From assembly GCA_964499705.1 (NCBI GenBank), contig CAZCME010000002.1, positions 372,001-436,000 on the forward strand: 64,000 nucleotides of DNA. The letters are read 5' to 3'. Positions 1 through 11,068 of the stretch are shown here, in pieces. The notes beneath the pieces are model-generated. The model searched no databases, was not told the origin of the DNA, and saw only the letters and a list, made by a program, of their open reading frames with translations. Made by a program: the position numbers and the translations under genes. Position 1 is the stretch's first letter; every line of letters begins with the position of its first letter. The DNA comes from an uncultured bacterium. Lineage in GTDB: Bacteria > UBA8481.

Positions 1-2985
1 GCGCAGGTCACGAATCCTCCGATCGATCCGATCCGCGAGGAAATGGTGATGTCGTTGACGATCTACGTCGGCGGCGAGGGAAATCTCCTGGAGGAGAATC
101 CGCGGCAGTGCCACCAGCTGGAGCTTCCGCATCCGATCCTGACGAACCATGAGCTCGAGCAGATCCGCCACTTCTCCATCAGCCATCTCCGCGCGATCAC
201 GCTCCCGCTCCTCTTTCACGCGGAGGAAGGCGGTCCGCGCCTGCGGCATGCGCTCGATGAACTCTGCGAGCGAGCCTCGAACGCGGTGAAGGCGGGCTAC
301 TCGATCCTCATCCTGTCGGACCGTAACGTCGACGCCTTCCGCGCGCCCATTCCGTCGCTCCTGGCGGTCGGCGCTGTTCATGAGCATCTCGTCCGCGAAG
401 GAACGCGGACCCGGGTCGGGATCATGCTCGAAAGCGGCGAGCCGCGCGAGGTCCACCATTTTGCGCTGCTCCTGGGATATGGCTGCAGCGCGATCAATCC
501 GTACGGCGCCTTCGACACGCTGACGGACATGGTTCACCAGGGATTGCTTCCGGAAAAGATCAGCGAGGAGAAGGCCCACGCGAACTTCGTCAAGGCCGTG
601 AAGAAGGGGATCTTCAAGGTGATGTCGAAGATGGGCATCTCCACTCTGTTGTCCTACCACGGCGCCCAGATCTTCGAAGCGCTGGGGCTTTCGCGCGAAC
701 TCGTCGCGGAATACTTCACCGGCACTCCGTCCCGGCTGGGTGGCATCGGCCTGGATGTGATCGCCGAGGAGGCCCGCATGCGACACGAGCGCGCCTTCCC
801 GAGGACGTATGTCACAACGCCCACGCTCGATCCCGGCGGCCAGTACCAGTGGCGGCGCGACGGCGAGAAGCACATCCTCAATCCCGATTCGATCGCGAAA
901 CTGCAGCACGCGGTCCGGAAGGAATCCTGGGAATCGTACGAGGAATACGCGACGACGATGAACGAGCAGGCCGAGAAGATGGTGACTTTGCGGTCGCTCT
1001 TGAGATTTCGCGCGGGCAAGTCCATCCCGCTCGACGATGTGGAGCCTGCGCGTAATATCGTCAAGCGCTTCGCGACCGGCGCCATGTCGTACGGTTCCAT
1101 TTCGCTCGAAGCTCATCAGACGCTGGCTATCGCGATGAACCGCATCGGCGGCAAGTCGAACACCGGCGAAGGCGGGGAGGATCCGGCGCGCTATGCGCTC
1201 CTGCCGAACGGAGATTCGCTCCGGTCGGCCATCAAGCAGGTCGCGTCCGCGCGCTTCGGCGTCACGACGGAGTACCTCATGAACGCCGATGAGCTCCAGA
1301 TCAAGATCGCGCAAGGCGCAAAGCCCGGCGAAGGCGGGCAGCTTCCGGGACACAAGGTGAGCGAGGAGATCGGACGCGTCCGCTATTCCACTCCGGGCGT
1401 CGGGCTCATCTCCCCTCCGCCGCACCACGACATCTACTCGATCGAGGATCTCGCGCAGCTCATATTCGACCTCAAAAACGTCAATCCCCGCGCCAGGATC
1501 AGCGTGAAGCTGGTCGCGGAAGCCGGAGTCGGCACCGTCGCGGCAGGGGTATCGAAGGCCAAGGCCGATGTCGTCCTGATCAGCGGCTACGATGGCGGCA
1601 CCGGCGCCTCGCCTATTTCGTCCCTCAAGCATGCGGGGATCCCGTGGGAGATCGGGCTTGCGGAGACGCACCAGGTCCTCGTCAGGAACGACCTTCGCGG
1701 ACGCATCATCGTCCAGACGGACGGAAAACTCGCGACCGGCCGCGACGTCGCGATCGCGGCGATGCTCGGCGCCGAGGAGTTCGGGTTCGCGACGCTGCCG
1801 CTCATCACGATGGGATGCATCATGATGCGCAAATGCCACCTGAACACCTGCCCCGTCGGCATCGCGACGCAGGATCCGGTGCTGCGGCGGAAGTTCGCGG
1901 GCAAGCCGGAGCACGTCGTGAACTTCTTCTTCTTCATCGCGGAGGACATCCGCCGGATCATGGCGCAGCTCGGCTTCCGGACCATCGACGAGATGGTCGG
2001 CCGCGTGGACATGCTGGAAGCCTCCGACGCGATCGATCACTGGAAGGCGAAGCATCTCGACTTCTCCGATATTCTCCATCGGCAGCTCGTTCCGAAATCG
2101 ATCGCGACACGCCGCGTCCAGCCGCAGGAGCACGGGCTCGACGGCATCCTGGACCATCGCCTGATCGAGCTCTCGAAGGAAGCGCTGGTGGACAGGAAAC
2201 CCGTCCGGATCAACCTGCCGATCCGGAACGTCAACCGCACGACCGGCGCCATGCTCTCCGGCGAAGTGGCCCGCCGACACGGCCACGCGGGACTTCCGGC
2301 TGACACCATCACAATCGAGTTCAAGGGCTCCGCCGGGCAGTCCTTCGGAGCCTGGGCGGCTCACGGGATCACGATGGAACTGGAGGGCGAAGCCAACGAT
2401 TACCTCGGCAAGGGGCTCTCCGGAGGACGTGTTGTCGTGAAGCCTCCGCGCGAGGCGCTCTTCGCGCCCGAGGAGAACATCATCGTTGGCAACGTCACGC
2501 TGTACGGCGCGACGTCGGGCGAATGCTTCATCTACGGCCAGGCCGGCGAACGCTTCGCCGTCCGCAACTCCGGCGTTCAGGCCGTCGTCGAGGGCGTGGG
2601 AGATCACGGTTGCGAATACATGACGGGCGGGCGCGTCATCGTGCTCGGGAAAACCGGGCGCAATTTCGCGGCGGGCATGTCGGGCGGCATCGCGTACGTT
2701 TTGGATCGCGACGGCTCCTTCCCCGCTCTCTGCAACATGGGCATGGTCGCGCTGGATGAGATGAACGAAGATGACGAGGAGACCGTGCGGCGGCTTGTGG
2801 AGAAGCATCATCTTTACACGGGCAGCAACCAGGCCGGGAAGATCCTGGAGACATGGGAGGAGAGCTTTCCGAAGTTCGCAAAGGTGATGCCGCATGATTA
2901 CAAGGCGGTCCTGGAGAAGAAGAAGCAGGCCGCCAGGAATGAAACGGCGACAGCGGCTCTGGCATCAGCGGCGGCACAGGAGTAG
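1..2985 (+). CDS. gltB: Glutamate synthase large subunit (5' part lies outside the window)
   Basis: Frame open from base 1 ([14 protein letters not shown]). Motifs [35 protein letters not shown], 3Fe-4[16 protein letters not shown] and C-terminal GXGXG repeats. Confidence 0.98.
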   Translation, partial: AQVTNPPIDPIREEMVMSLTIYVGGEGNLLEENPRQCHQLELPHPILTNHELEQIRHFSISHLRAITLPLLFHAEEGGPRLRHALDELCERASNAVKAGYSILILSDRNVDAFRAPIPSLLAVGAVHEHLVREGTRTRVGIMLESGEPREVHHFALLLGYGCSAINPYGAFDTLTDMVHQGLLPEKISEEKAHANFVKAVKKGIFKVMSKMGISTLLSYHGAQIFEALGLSRELVAEYFTGTPSRLGGIGLDVIAEEARMRHERAFPRTYVTTPTLDPGGQYQWRRDGEKHILNPDSIAKLQHAVRKESWESYEEYATTMNEQAEKMVTLRSLLRFRAGKSIPLDDVEPARNIVKRFATGAMSYGSISLEAHQTLAIAMNRIGGKSNTGEGGEDPARYALLPNGDSLRSAIKQVASARFGVTTEYLMNADELQIKIAQGAKPGEGGQLPGHKVSEEIGRVRYSTPGVGLISPPPHHDIYSIEDLAQLIFDLKNVNPRARISVKLVAEAGVGTVAAGVSKAKADVVLISGYDGGTGASPISSLKHAGIPWEIGLAETHQVLVRNDLRGRIIVQTDGKLATGRDVAIAAMLGAEEFGFATLPLITMGCIMMRKCHLNTCPVGIATQDPVLRRKFAGKPEHVVNFFFFIAEDIRRIMAQLGFRTIDEMVGRVDMLEASDAIDHWKAKHLDFSDILHRQLVPKSIATRRVQPQEHGLDGILDHRLIELSKEALVDRKPVRINLPIRNVNRTTGAMLSGEVARRHGHAGLPADTITIEFKGSAGQSFGAWAAHGITMELEGEANDYLGKGLSGGRVVVKPPREALFAPEENIIVGNVTLYGATSGECFIYGQAGERFAVRNSGVQAVVEGVGDHGCEYMTGGRVIVLGKTGRNFAAGMSGGIAYVLDRDGSFPALCNMGMVALDEMNEDDEETVRRLVEKHHLYTGSNQAGKILETWEESFPKFAKVMPHDYKAVLEKKKQAARNETATAALASAAAQE

Positions 2986-2988
2986 AAC

Positions 2989-4410
2989 ATGGGCGACCCA
3001 AAAGGATTCATGACGCATCAGCGCGAGACGGCGAAGAAGCGCGCGGTCGGCGAGCGTGTACGCGACTACCACGAGTTCGAGCTCCCGATGTCGGAGGAAC
3101 AACTGAAGGACCAGGGCGCGCGCTGCATGGATTGCGGAGTCCCCTTCTGCCATTCCGGATGTCCGCTGGGAAATCTCATCCCCGAGTGGAACGACCTCGT
3201 CTACCGCGGGCGCTGGCGCGAAGCGATCGCGTCCCTGCACTCCACGAATAATTTCCCCGAGTTCACGGGTCGCGTCTGCCCTGCTCCGTGCGAAACCTCC
3301 TGCGTGCTCGGGATCAACGAGCCCGCGGTATCCATCAAGCAGATCGAGGTATCGATCATCAATCGCGCCTTTGAGGAAGGATGGGTCACTCCCGAGCCGC
3401 CCGCATTCCGGTCCGGCAAGCGCGTCGCGGTGATCGGCTCCGGCCCGGCGGGCCTGGCCGCTGCCGCGCAGCTGAACCGCGACGGGCATACCGTGACCGT
3501 CTTCGAGCGCGCCGACCGGATCGGCGGACTCCTGACCTACGGCATACCCGACTTCAAGCTCGAAAAGCATATCGTGATGCGCCGGGTGAAGCTTATGGAG
3601 CACGAGGGCGTCCTCTTTCAGCCGAATTCCAACGTGGGTGTGAATGTGCCCATCGAGATGCTGAAGCAGGAATTCAACGCGATCTGCCTGGCGGGCGGTG
3701 CGACCGCGGCGCGGGATCTGAAGATCCCGGGGAGAGAACTGCCGGGCATTCACCTCGCGATGAATTTCCTCCCGCAGCAGAACAGGCGCGGCTTCGGCGA
3801 CGCGATTCCCGACGACGTCGTCATTTCAGCGAAGGACAAGCACGTCGTCGTGATCGGCGGCGGGGACACGGGATCCGACTGCGTCGGCACGTCGATCAGG
3901 CAGGGCGCGAAATCGGTGACCCAGATCGAGATCCTGGCGAAGCCGCCCAAGGATCGGACCCAGGAGATGATGTGGCCGATGTGGCCGATGATTCTCCGGA
4001 CATCCTCGTCCCAGGAGGAGGGATGCAACCGCGACTGGGCGATCAACACGGCATGCTTTGAGGGTGACGGCCGCGTCGAAAAGATCAAATGCGTCCGGAT
4101 CGAGTGGATCAAGGGCGCCGACGGCAGGATGCAGATGAAGGAGATCGCCGGTTCGGAGTTTTATCTCCAGGCGGATCTCGTTCTTCTGGCGATGGGTTTC
4201 CTCGGCCCCGAAAAAGAAGGCATGCTCCAGCAGCTCGGCGTGGCCCTCGACGCACGCGGCAACGTCGCCACGGACGCTTCGATGGCGACGACCGTGCCGG
4301 GAATCTTCGCCGCCGGAGACATGCGCCGCGGCCAATCGCTCGTCGTCTGGGCGATCACCGAAGGCCGCCGCTGCGCGAAGGCGATCAACGATTACCTGGA
4401 GACGGCGTAG
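2989..4410 (+). CDS. gltD: Glutamate synthase small subunit
   Basis: [54 protein letters not shown]; starts 3 nt after the gltB stop. Confidence 0.97.
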   Translation: MGDPKGFMTHQRETAKKRAVGERVRDYHEFELPMSEEQLKDQGARCMDCGVPFCHSGCPLGNLIPEWNDLVYRGRWREAIASLHSTNNFPEFTGRVCPAPCETSCVLGINEPAVSIKQIEVSIINRAFEEGWVTPEPPAFRSGKRVAVIGSGPAGLAAAAQLNRDGHTVTVFERADRIGGLLTYGIPDFKLEKHIVMRRVKLMEHEGVLFQPNSNVGVNVPIEMLKQEFNAICLAGGATAARDLKIPGRELPGIHLAMNFLPQQNRRGFGDAIPDDVVISAKDKHVVVIGGGDTGSDCVGTSIRQGAKSVTQIEILAKPPKDRTQEMMWPMWPMILRTSSSQEEGCNRDWAINTACFEGDGRVEKIKCVRIEWIKGADGRMQMKEIAGSEFYLQADLVLLAMGFLGPEKEGMLQQLGVALDARGNVATDASMATTVPGIFAAGDMRRGQSLVVWAITEGRRCAKAINDYLETA

Positions 4411-4429
4411 CCTTAGGAAATCGCTTGGA

Positions 4430-4450
4430 AAATCCTGAATCCGAAATCCA
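4430..4450. repeat. Degenerate heptamer tandem repeat (AAATCCT GAATCCG AAATCCA)
   Basis: Read directly downstream of gltD; a similar run lies at 22775-22802. Confidence 0.45.
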
Positions 4451-4528
4451 AAAAGTCATCCTGCGCAGGAAAATGTCATGAGTTAGGATTCAGGATTTCC
4501 CAAGCAGACTCGATGGACTTTCCGGTTC

Positions 4529-5356
4529 ATGAACCATATGATTTCGCCCATGGACAGGATTAAACGATCCGTCCTCGTCGTGGAAGATGAGGAATTTCTT
4601 CGCGAAGGAATCGTCCAACTCTTGTCCGACGCCGGCTGGCTGGTTCATGAGGCCGGCGACGGGTACGATGCCGTCCCGATCTTCCGCGAGCAACCCATCG
4701 AAGTCGTCCTGACCGATCTCCTGATGCCCCGCATGGACGGGATCCAGCTGCTACGCGCCATCCAGGACATCGATCCCGATGTGCCCGCCGTGGTCCTGAC
4801 CGGATATGGTTCCATCGATCGATGTGTCGCGGCCCTCCATGCCGGAGCCGTTGATTTTCTGGCGAAGCCGTTCGAGGAGGAAGTGCTTCTGGCCGCGCTG
4901 GACCGCGCATGGCGGGGACGGGGTCAATATCTGGACAACGATATTCTCGTGCATGAAAGCCGGTGCCGGTTCAGCATGAAACTGCCGGTCGATGGGGAAT
5001 TGGTTTCGCCCGCCGCCGCTAGAATCGCCGCCATTTCGCGCCCTCTCGGATACTACGGTCGTCGATGGGCGATCCGCCGCGCGGTGGAAGAGGCCCTGAG
5101 GAATGCGATGGCGCACGGGGCATCCTCCGCGGAACCAGGGACGCGGATCGAGGTGGACGCGGAGATCGACGAGCATCGGATGAAAGTCGCCGTGAAGGAT
5201 CCCGGACAGGGTTTCGCTATGAGCCTCATCGATCGATGCGGCGATAAGAGCGCGAAAGGGCGGGGACTCTTTCTGATCAAGTCCTTTTCCGATGAAGCGC
5301 GATGGATCGATCCCGGCAATCTTGTGGAGATGGTGTTTCAGCGCCGCGGGATGTGA
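4529..5356 (+). CDS. Response regulator receiver fused to an RsbW/SpoIIAB-like HATPase (anti-sigma/Ser kinase) domain
   Basis: Intact receiver (VVEDE, LTDLLMP, LTG, KPF). C-terminal EEALRNAMAHG, DPGQGF and GRGLFLIKSFSD. Start could be 4550. Confidence 0.85.
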   Translation: MNHMISPMDRIKRSVLVVEDEEFLREGIVQLLSDAGWLVHEAGDGYDAVPIFREQPIEVVLTDLLMPRMDGIQLLRAIQDIDPDVPAVVLTGYGSIDRCVAALHAGAVDFLAKPFEEEVLLAALDRAWRGRGQYLDNDILVHESRCRFSMKLPVDGELVSPAAARIAAISRPLGYYGRRWAIRRAVEEALRNAMAHGASSAEPGTRIEVDAEIDEHRMKVAVKDPGQGFAMSLIDRCGDKSAKGRGLFLIKSFSDEARWIDPGNLVEMVFQRRGM

Positions 5357-5974
5357 TCAGGGAGTCTTGACGTGCCAGGCGGCGAAACCGCTGTTTATGG
5401 ATTCGTTTCCGGGAGAACTCTTCAGATTCACATCCGACTGGAACTGCCTGCCGAGCAACTGGCCGTATTCGACGAGATCGCGGCCCATGAAACGGAGCCG
5501 GTCCCGGATCTTTTCCGCCTTGATTTCCAGCGACGCATCGAAGTCCGCCGACCTCGCGGCCGAATGATACGGCAGGCTCCATCCGTGACAATATTGCACG
5601 GCGGCGCGCATGTGCGAAAGGCAGCTCTCGCCGAGGCTTCCTCCCGTCGAAGCCACGAGGCCGAATAGCTTCCCTCCGAATTCGTAGTAATGGAAATCAA
5701 AGTAGTTCTTCATCCAGCCGCTCATGCTGCCGTGGTATTCCGGCGAGACGAGCACATAGGCATCGGCATCGCGCGTTAATGCGCGGACCCGCTCGATCTC
5801 CGGGTGCTCGCGGTCATAGGAACCGTCCGCTCGAAAAAGCGGCAGCGGCGTTTCGAGAAGATTGAGGACCGTCGTCTCCCCTCCCGCGGCCCGCGCGGCT
5901 TCGAGGACGACGTTCATTAGCACAAGCGAATGGCTGTGCTCGCGGGTGCTACCGGAGACGCCGAGAATCCTCAT
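5357..5974 (-). CDS. NADPH-dependent FMN reductase (flavodoxin-like fold)
   Basis: ILGVSGSTR and SPEYHGSMSGWMKNYFD motifs. Confidence 0.9.
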   Translation of the reverse strand: MRILGVSGSTREHSHSLVLMNVVLEAARAAGGETTVLNLLETPLPLFRADGSYDREHPEIERVRALTRDADAYVLVSPEYHGSMSGWMKNYFDFHYYEFGGKLFGLVASTGGSLGESCLSHMRAAVQYCHGWSLPYHSAARSADFDASLEIKAEKIRDRLRFMGRDLVEYGQLLGRQFQSDVNLKSSPGNESINSGFAAWHVKTP

Positions 5975-6005
5975 GATCCAAGGATAAAGCGCTTCATCCC
6001 TGGTG

Positions 6006-6839
6006 TTACTGCCCGAGCAACTGCAGGACGCTTCTCGGATTCAGGTTCGCCTGAGCCAGCGCGGAGAGATTCGACTGATTCCGGATCTGGCCCAAGGCAA
6101 GATTCGAGGCTTCGTCGGCGAAATTGGTGTCGCGGATCGTCGAGAGCGCCGAAAGCGTGTTCTCGCGGGCAACTCCCACGAAATCGGAGGCATTGGAGAT
6201 GCGGTTCGCGTTCGCGCCGATATTGGCCCGGAGGCTCGAGACGCCGTTGATCGCGGAGTCGATCGAGGAGAGCGCGTTCGAGGCCGCATCGCGAGTGGAA
6301 ACGTCGACGGTGGCGATTCCCAGGTTGGCCGTCGATGTGCCGTCAATGTTGACCTGGAGCGTATCGCCTTCGTTGGGTCCGACCTGCACCTTGAATCCGC
6401 CGCTGGCTTCGTCGAAGTCACCGGTCAGGAGCGGGCGGCCGTTGAACTGGGTCGCCTGCGTCTGGCGGTCGATCTCCGCGACGAGCTGATCGACTTCCTC
6501 CTGGATGAGACTGCGATCTTCATCCGTCAGGGTGTCGTTGGCCGACTGGATCGTCAGCTCGCGAATGCGTTGAAGCGAATCGCTGACGTTCGTGAGGCCG
6601 CCCTCGGCCACCTGCAGGGCGGAAGCGGCATCCTGGAGATTATTCTGGGATTGCTCGAAACCCTGGGAGAGCGCGCGTAGACGCTCCGAAATGGCCAGTC
6701 CCGCCGCATCGTCGCTGGACCGATTGATGCGCAATCCGGACGCAATCTTGGCGAGAGACTTGTTCTGTTCCTGCTGGTTGATGCCTAGAAGTCTGGAGGC
6801 GAATTGAGCCTCCTTGTTAGAATTGATCCTGCCGGCCAT
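6006..6839 (-). CDS. fliC: Flagellin, minimal D0/D1-only type (~277 aa)
   Basis: IASGLRINRSSDDAAGLAIS, QVAEGGL, TQFNG, LRANIGANANR, IRDTNFADE, AQAN. Start placed at MAGRINSN after an AGGGAGG SD. Confidence 0.93.
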   Translation of the reverse strand: MAGRINSNKEAQFASRLLGINQQEQNKSLAKIASGLRINRSSDDAAGLAISERLRALSQGFEQSQNNLQDAASALQVAEGGLTNVSDSLQRIRELTIQSANDTLTDEDRSLIQEEVDQLVAEIDRQTQATQFNGRPLLTGDFDEASGGFKVQVGPNEGDTLQVNIDGTSTANLGIATVDVSTRDAASNALSSIDSAINGVSSLRANIGANANRISNASDFVGVARENTLSALSTIRDTNFADEASNLALGQIRNQSNLSALAQANLNPRSVLQLLGQ

Positions 6840-6904
6840 TTTGTAGGCCCTCCCTTCCATGGATATGACATCCCGTCGGATGTCTCCTGTTGCTGCTATT
6901 GGAA

Positions 6905-6934
6905 ATATTAGCCTGCAATATCAGCGAATGTCAA
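6905..6934 (-). promoter_or_regulatory. Sigma70-like promoter for the flagellin gene (TTGACA-N18-TAATAT)
   Basis: Minus strand reads TTGACAttcgctgatattgcaggcTAATAT about 65 nt upstream of the start. Confidence 0.55.
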
Positions 6935-7228
6935 GGGTTTGTCGATGGAAAAGCACAATTTGACATCTCTTCGCCGCCCTCTCATTGCACTTGCGCGTCG
7001 CCCATGCTATGGTGCATCAGACCATTGTCTGTGCGGATGTGAACGGGTAACGATATTTCCATCAATTCATGGCGATATACTTCATCGCTCCTTGCCCTGC
7101 TCGGTACTGGAGCGGCCGTCACATGGGAGCGAAGCGGATCCTCCGCCATCCCCGCTCTCTCCGCTCTCGGCCTGATCTCCGCCATCGCCCTCTTTGTTTC
7201 CGCCCCCCGAACGTCATTCTGGTGTGGT

Positions 7229-8704
7229 TTGCCCTGGCTTCTTCTTCTGGCTTCCACCGTCATTCCGCTCCCGGGACTGGGCGGTCCTTATCCCCCCAGC
7301 CGCTTTCTGGCGATTCTCGGTTTCGGCGCCGCGTGCGGCACTCTGCCCTTTCGGATCGCGCCTCTCCTGGGAAGAACCCACATCATCATTCTCATCTCAT
7401 GGACTCTGCTCCTCGCCGCGCGAATGTTCACTTCATGCGTAAAGCTCGGTTACGGATATGACCTCGCTCATATCCTGAATATCCTGGAAAACACATGCCA
7501 GGGCCGTTTTCTTTACAGTGATTACCTCGAAGGCTCCATCCTCTCCTACCATCTCTATCTGACCCTTGGTTTGCTCGCGCCCTTGTATCAGATCGGCCGG
7601 TCCGCGCTTCTCCTCCAGTGCGTGCAGTTGTTGTTGATGGCGACCGGTGCGTGGTTGCTGGCCTCGGGGGCGGAGCGCCGATTCGGGCCTTTCGCGGGTG
7701 TCGGTTCGCTTCTGCTTCTCCTCATGCATCCCTTCTACCAGGGGCAAAGTCTTCATGAATTCGATCCGGGTGTGATCGGATTCTTCGGAGCATCCCTGGC
7801 TCTATATGGATACGGAGCCAGCCGAACAGTCATCTGCTGCGCCGGCATCATGATGGCGCTCCTGTCCAAGGAACATTTCGCGCCGGGAGCGATTCTCTGC
7901 GGAATGATGTTGTCTACGGATCGCCGCACCCGCCGCCGGGGCACTGCGATGGCGATTCTCGGTTTCTCCACGCTCATCGTCTATTACGGGTGGACATTCC
8001 TGACGAGCCAGGGAGAAGGACTTCTGCTCCAGGCCTCGATTCGATTGAAAAATACCGGCGGGTCGACAGGAATCCTTCATAACCTGGTCGCTCCGAACCG
8101 CATCGGGTACATTCTTCATATGTTGATACCGGGCGGATTGCTGGCGCTGGCGGGATGGGCGTGGCTGGTTCCGGCACTGCCGGAACTCTTTCTCAATGTG
8201 CTCTCAACATTCCCGATGTTCCGTTCCACCGGCCATTATGCGGTGCTGACCCTCCCCTTCTTCGCCTGGGCCGTCGCATCCGGAATCGCCCGTTTTTCCG
8301 CGCAGGGTGCGAACACGTTTCCCCTGAAATATGTCGTCTCCACTTCCCTCGCGGCCGCTCTGCTCTCCAATCTCGGCCCGCTTTCTCACTCGATCGCATT
8401 CTATGATTTCCTTCAGAGCGATGGATATGGCGAAGCAGAAGCGGTGCGTACCTTCGTCTCGGGCTTTCCCGGCGGAACCGTGGCTGTACTCGGTTCCCAC
8501 CGGACCCTGACGCTCCTGGCTGATCGCGAACCCGCGATCGAGCTCCCTTATCGCGATATGAGCCCCATACTATCGATGAAGGATCTCATGCTATTCGACC
8601 TGACAAAACCCCGTCCTCCTCCCGGATACTTTTTCATTGCCGGGCGCCCCGGAATGTCGCTGTATCGGCGCGACACCACCATGGACAGTGGAGACCCGCA
8701 ATGA
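7229..8704 (+). CDS. Multi-pass membrane protein, DUF2079-like (GT-C-type glycosyltransferase-like)
   Basis: GYDL..., H...L.LLAPLY, LLLQ.VQ, HEFDP and KE motifs with many hydrophobic segments. The frame is open back to 7043, so the true start is uncertain. Confidence 0.7.
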   Translation: MPWLLLLASTVIPLPGLGGPYPPSRFLAILGFGAACGTLPFRIAPLLGRTHIIILISWTLLLAARMFTSCVKLGYGYDLAHILNILENTCQGRFLYSDYLEGSILSYHLYLTLGLLAPLYQIGRSALLLQCVQLLLMATGAWLLASGAERRFGPFAGVGSLLLLLMHPFYQGQSLHEFDPGVIGFFGASLALYGYGASRTVICCAGIMMALLSKEHFAPGAILCGMMLSTDRRTRRRGTAMAILGFSTLIVYYGWTFLTSQGEGLLLQASIRLKNTGGSTGILHNLVAPNRIGYILHMLIPGGLLALAGWAWLVPALPELFLNVLSTFPMFRSTGHYAVLTLPFFAWAVASGIARFSAQGANTFPLKYVVSTSLAAALLSNLGPLSHSIAFYDFLQSDGYGEAEAVRTFVSGFPGGTVAVLGSHRTLTLLADREPAIELPYRDMSPILSMKDLMLFDLTKPRPPPGYFFIAGRPGMSLYRRDTTMDSGDPQ

Positions 8705-9450
8705 AGCGAGTCTGGAACGCCCTCCTGGCCGGCATTCGTCCTCCCGAGCCGGTCACGTGGCCGAAAGTGACTCCGGCGCTGACGGCCGAACAGGAAGCCA
8801 TCCGGGAGCGATTTCTCGCCGACTGGCTGGCGGCTCTCCCCACGACCTACGGCCGGCTCGAACATTTCAATCAGTCCTACGTGCTCCGCCGTCTGCCTCC
8901 GCGCCCCTGGCGTGTGCTGGAAATCGGAGCGGGAATCGGTGCTCATCTCGAACATGAGCCGGGTGGATGGGAAGAATACACGGTGTGCGAATTGCGGGCC
9001 GAGTTCGCGGCCGAATTGAAGCGTCGTCATCCGGAAACGCGCGTGATCGTCGGAGACATCCAGCGCGGTATCGACGTGCCGGACGGATACTTCAATCGGA
9101 TCATGGCGATTCATGTGCTCGAACACCTCCCGGATCTCCCCGCGGCGCTCCATGAAGTGAAAAGAATATTATCGCCGGAGGGCATCCTGTCCGTCGTCAT
9201 ACCGTGCGAGGGCGGCGCCCTGTACGAACTGGCGCGAGAAATATCGACGCGCCGTCAATTCGAAAAGCGATTTCGGACATCCTATGACTGGTTTGTGAAA
9301 ACGGAACACGTGAGCAAGGCTCCGGAGATCATCCAGCTTCTTCACGAGAAATTCGAAGTGATCGACACGTCCTACTGGCCGCTTCGCGTAAAGAGCATTC
9401 CTCTCAACCTGGTCCTGGGCTTATCATGCCGCCCGCGACAGGATTTCTGA
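8701..9450 (+). CDS. Class I SAM-dependent methyltransferase
   Basis: VLEIGAGIG, GDIQ, HVLEHLPD...L.EVKRILSPEG; ATGA overlap with the upstream gene. Confidence 0.9.
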   Translation: MKRVWNALLAGIRPPEPVTWPKVTPALTAEQEAIRERFLADWLAALPTTYGRLEHFNQSYVLRRLPPRPWRVLEIGAGIGAHLEHEPGGWEEYTVCELRAEFAAELKRRHPETRVIVGDIQRGIDVPDGYFNRIMAIHVLEHLPDLPAALHEVKRILSPEGILSVVIPCEGGALYELAREISTRRQFEKRFRTSYDWFVKTEHVSKAPEIIQLLHEKFEVIDTSYWPLRVKSIPLNLVLGLSCRPRQDF

Positions 9451-9460
9451 GTCGGCCGAA

Positions 9461-9993
9461 CTACAGGATCTTCTCCGCGAAATAACGGACGAGGCTCCGG
9501 ACGGATACGATCCCGACGCAGCGGGCGCCTTCCATGACAGGCAGGTGGCGGCAGCCGATGAAGGCCATCTTGTGCAGGGCGCCGGCAACGGGATCCTCCG
9601 GAACGAGCGATTCGATGTTCTTCGTCATGACGTCCCGGATCGGGGTGTTCGCCGGATCCTTCCCCTGACCCAGCACCTTGTAGATGATGTCGCGTTCCGT
9701 GAAGATGCCGGCGATGTCGCTTCCGTCGCGGATGACGATCGAGCCGTGCTTGCCCGCGAACATGTCGCGAATCGCGTCCGCCACGGTCGCGCCGATGTCG
9801 ATGTAGATCGGCTCGTGGTAGTCGAGGTTGCTGACCGCGTCGGCGAGGAGGCTTTTCGAGAGCTGGTCCTTCTGTCGCGCCGGGACATCCTCCAGGTCAT
9901 GTCCGCAGGAGACGCAGTTGTCCGATCCGAGGACGTTCTTCTTGTGGCACATCGGGCATTCGATCATCCCGTCGACGATTTGAGTTTGCGCGC

Positions 9994-9997
<4 letters not shown>
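9461..9997 (-). CDS. Zinc-ribbon + CBS-pair protein
   Basis: CPMC...CVSC followed by GIFTERDI, DVMT, RHLPV and GIVSVR CBS motifs; ATGA overlap with the korB stop. Confidence 0.85.
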
Positions 9998-11067
<1,070 letters not shown>

Positions 11068-11068
11068 C

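Noticed and set aside
7037-7042. Alternative genetic code (TGA as sense)
   Set aside because: TGA terminates many conserved genes here at expected positions (pnp, trpE, cheA, cheB), so the standard bacterial code applies.
6006-9450. Flagellin glycosylation/methylation island
   Set aside because: The neighbours are divergently transcribed, and a GT-C-type membrane enzyme would act outside the cytoplasm. Adjacency is the only support.
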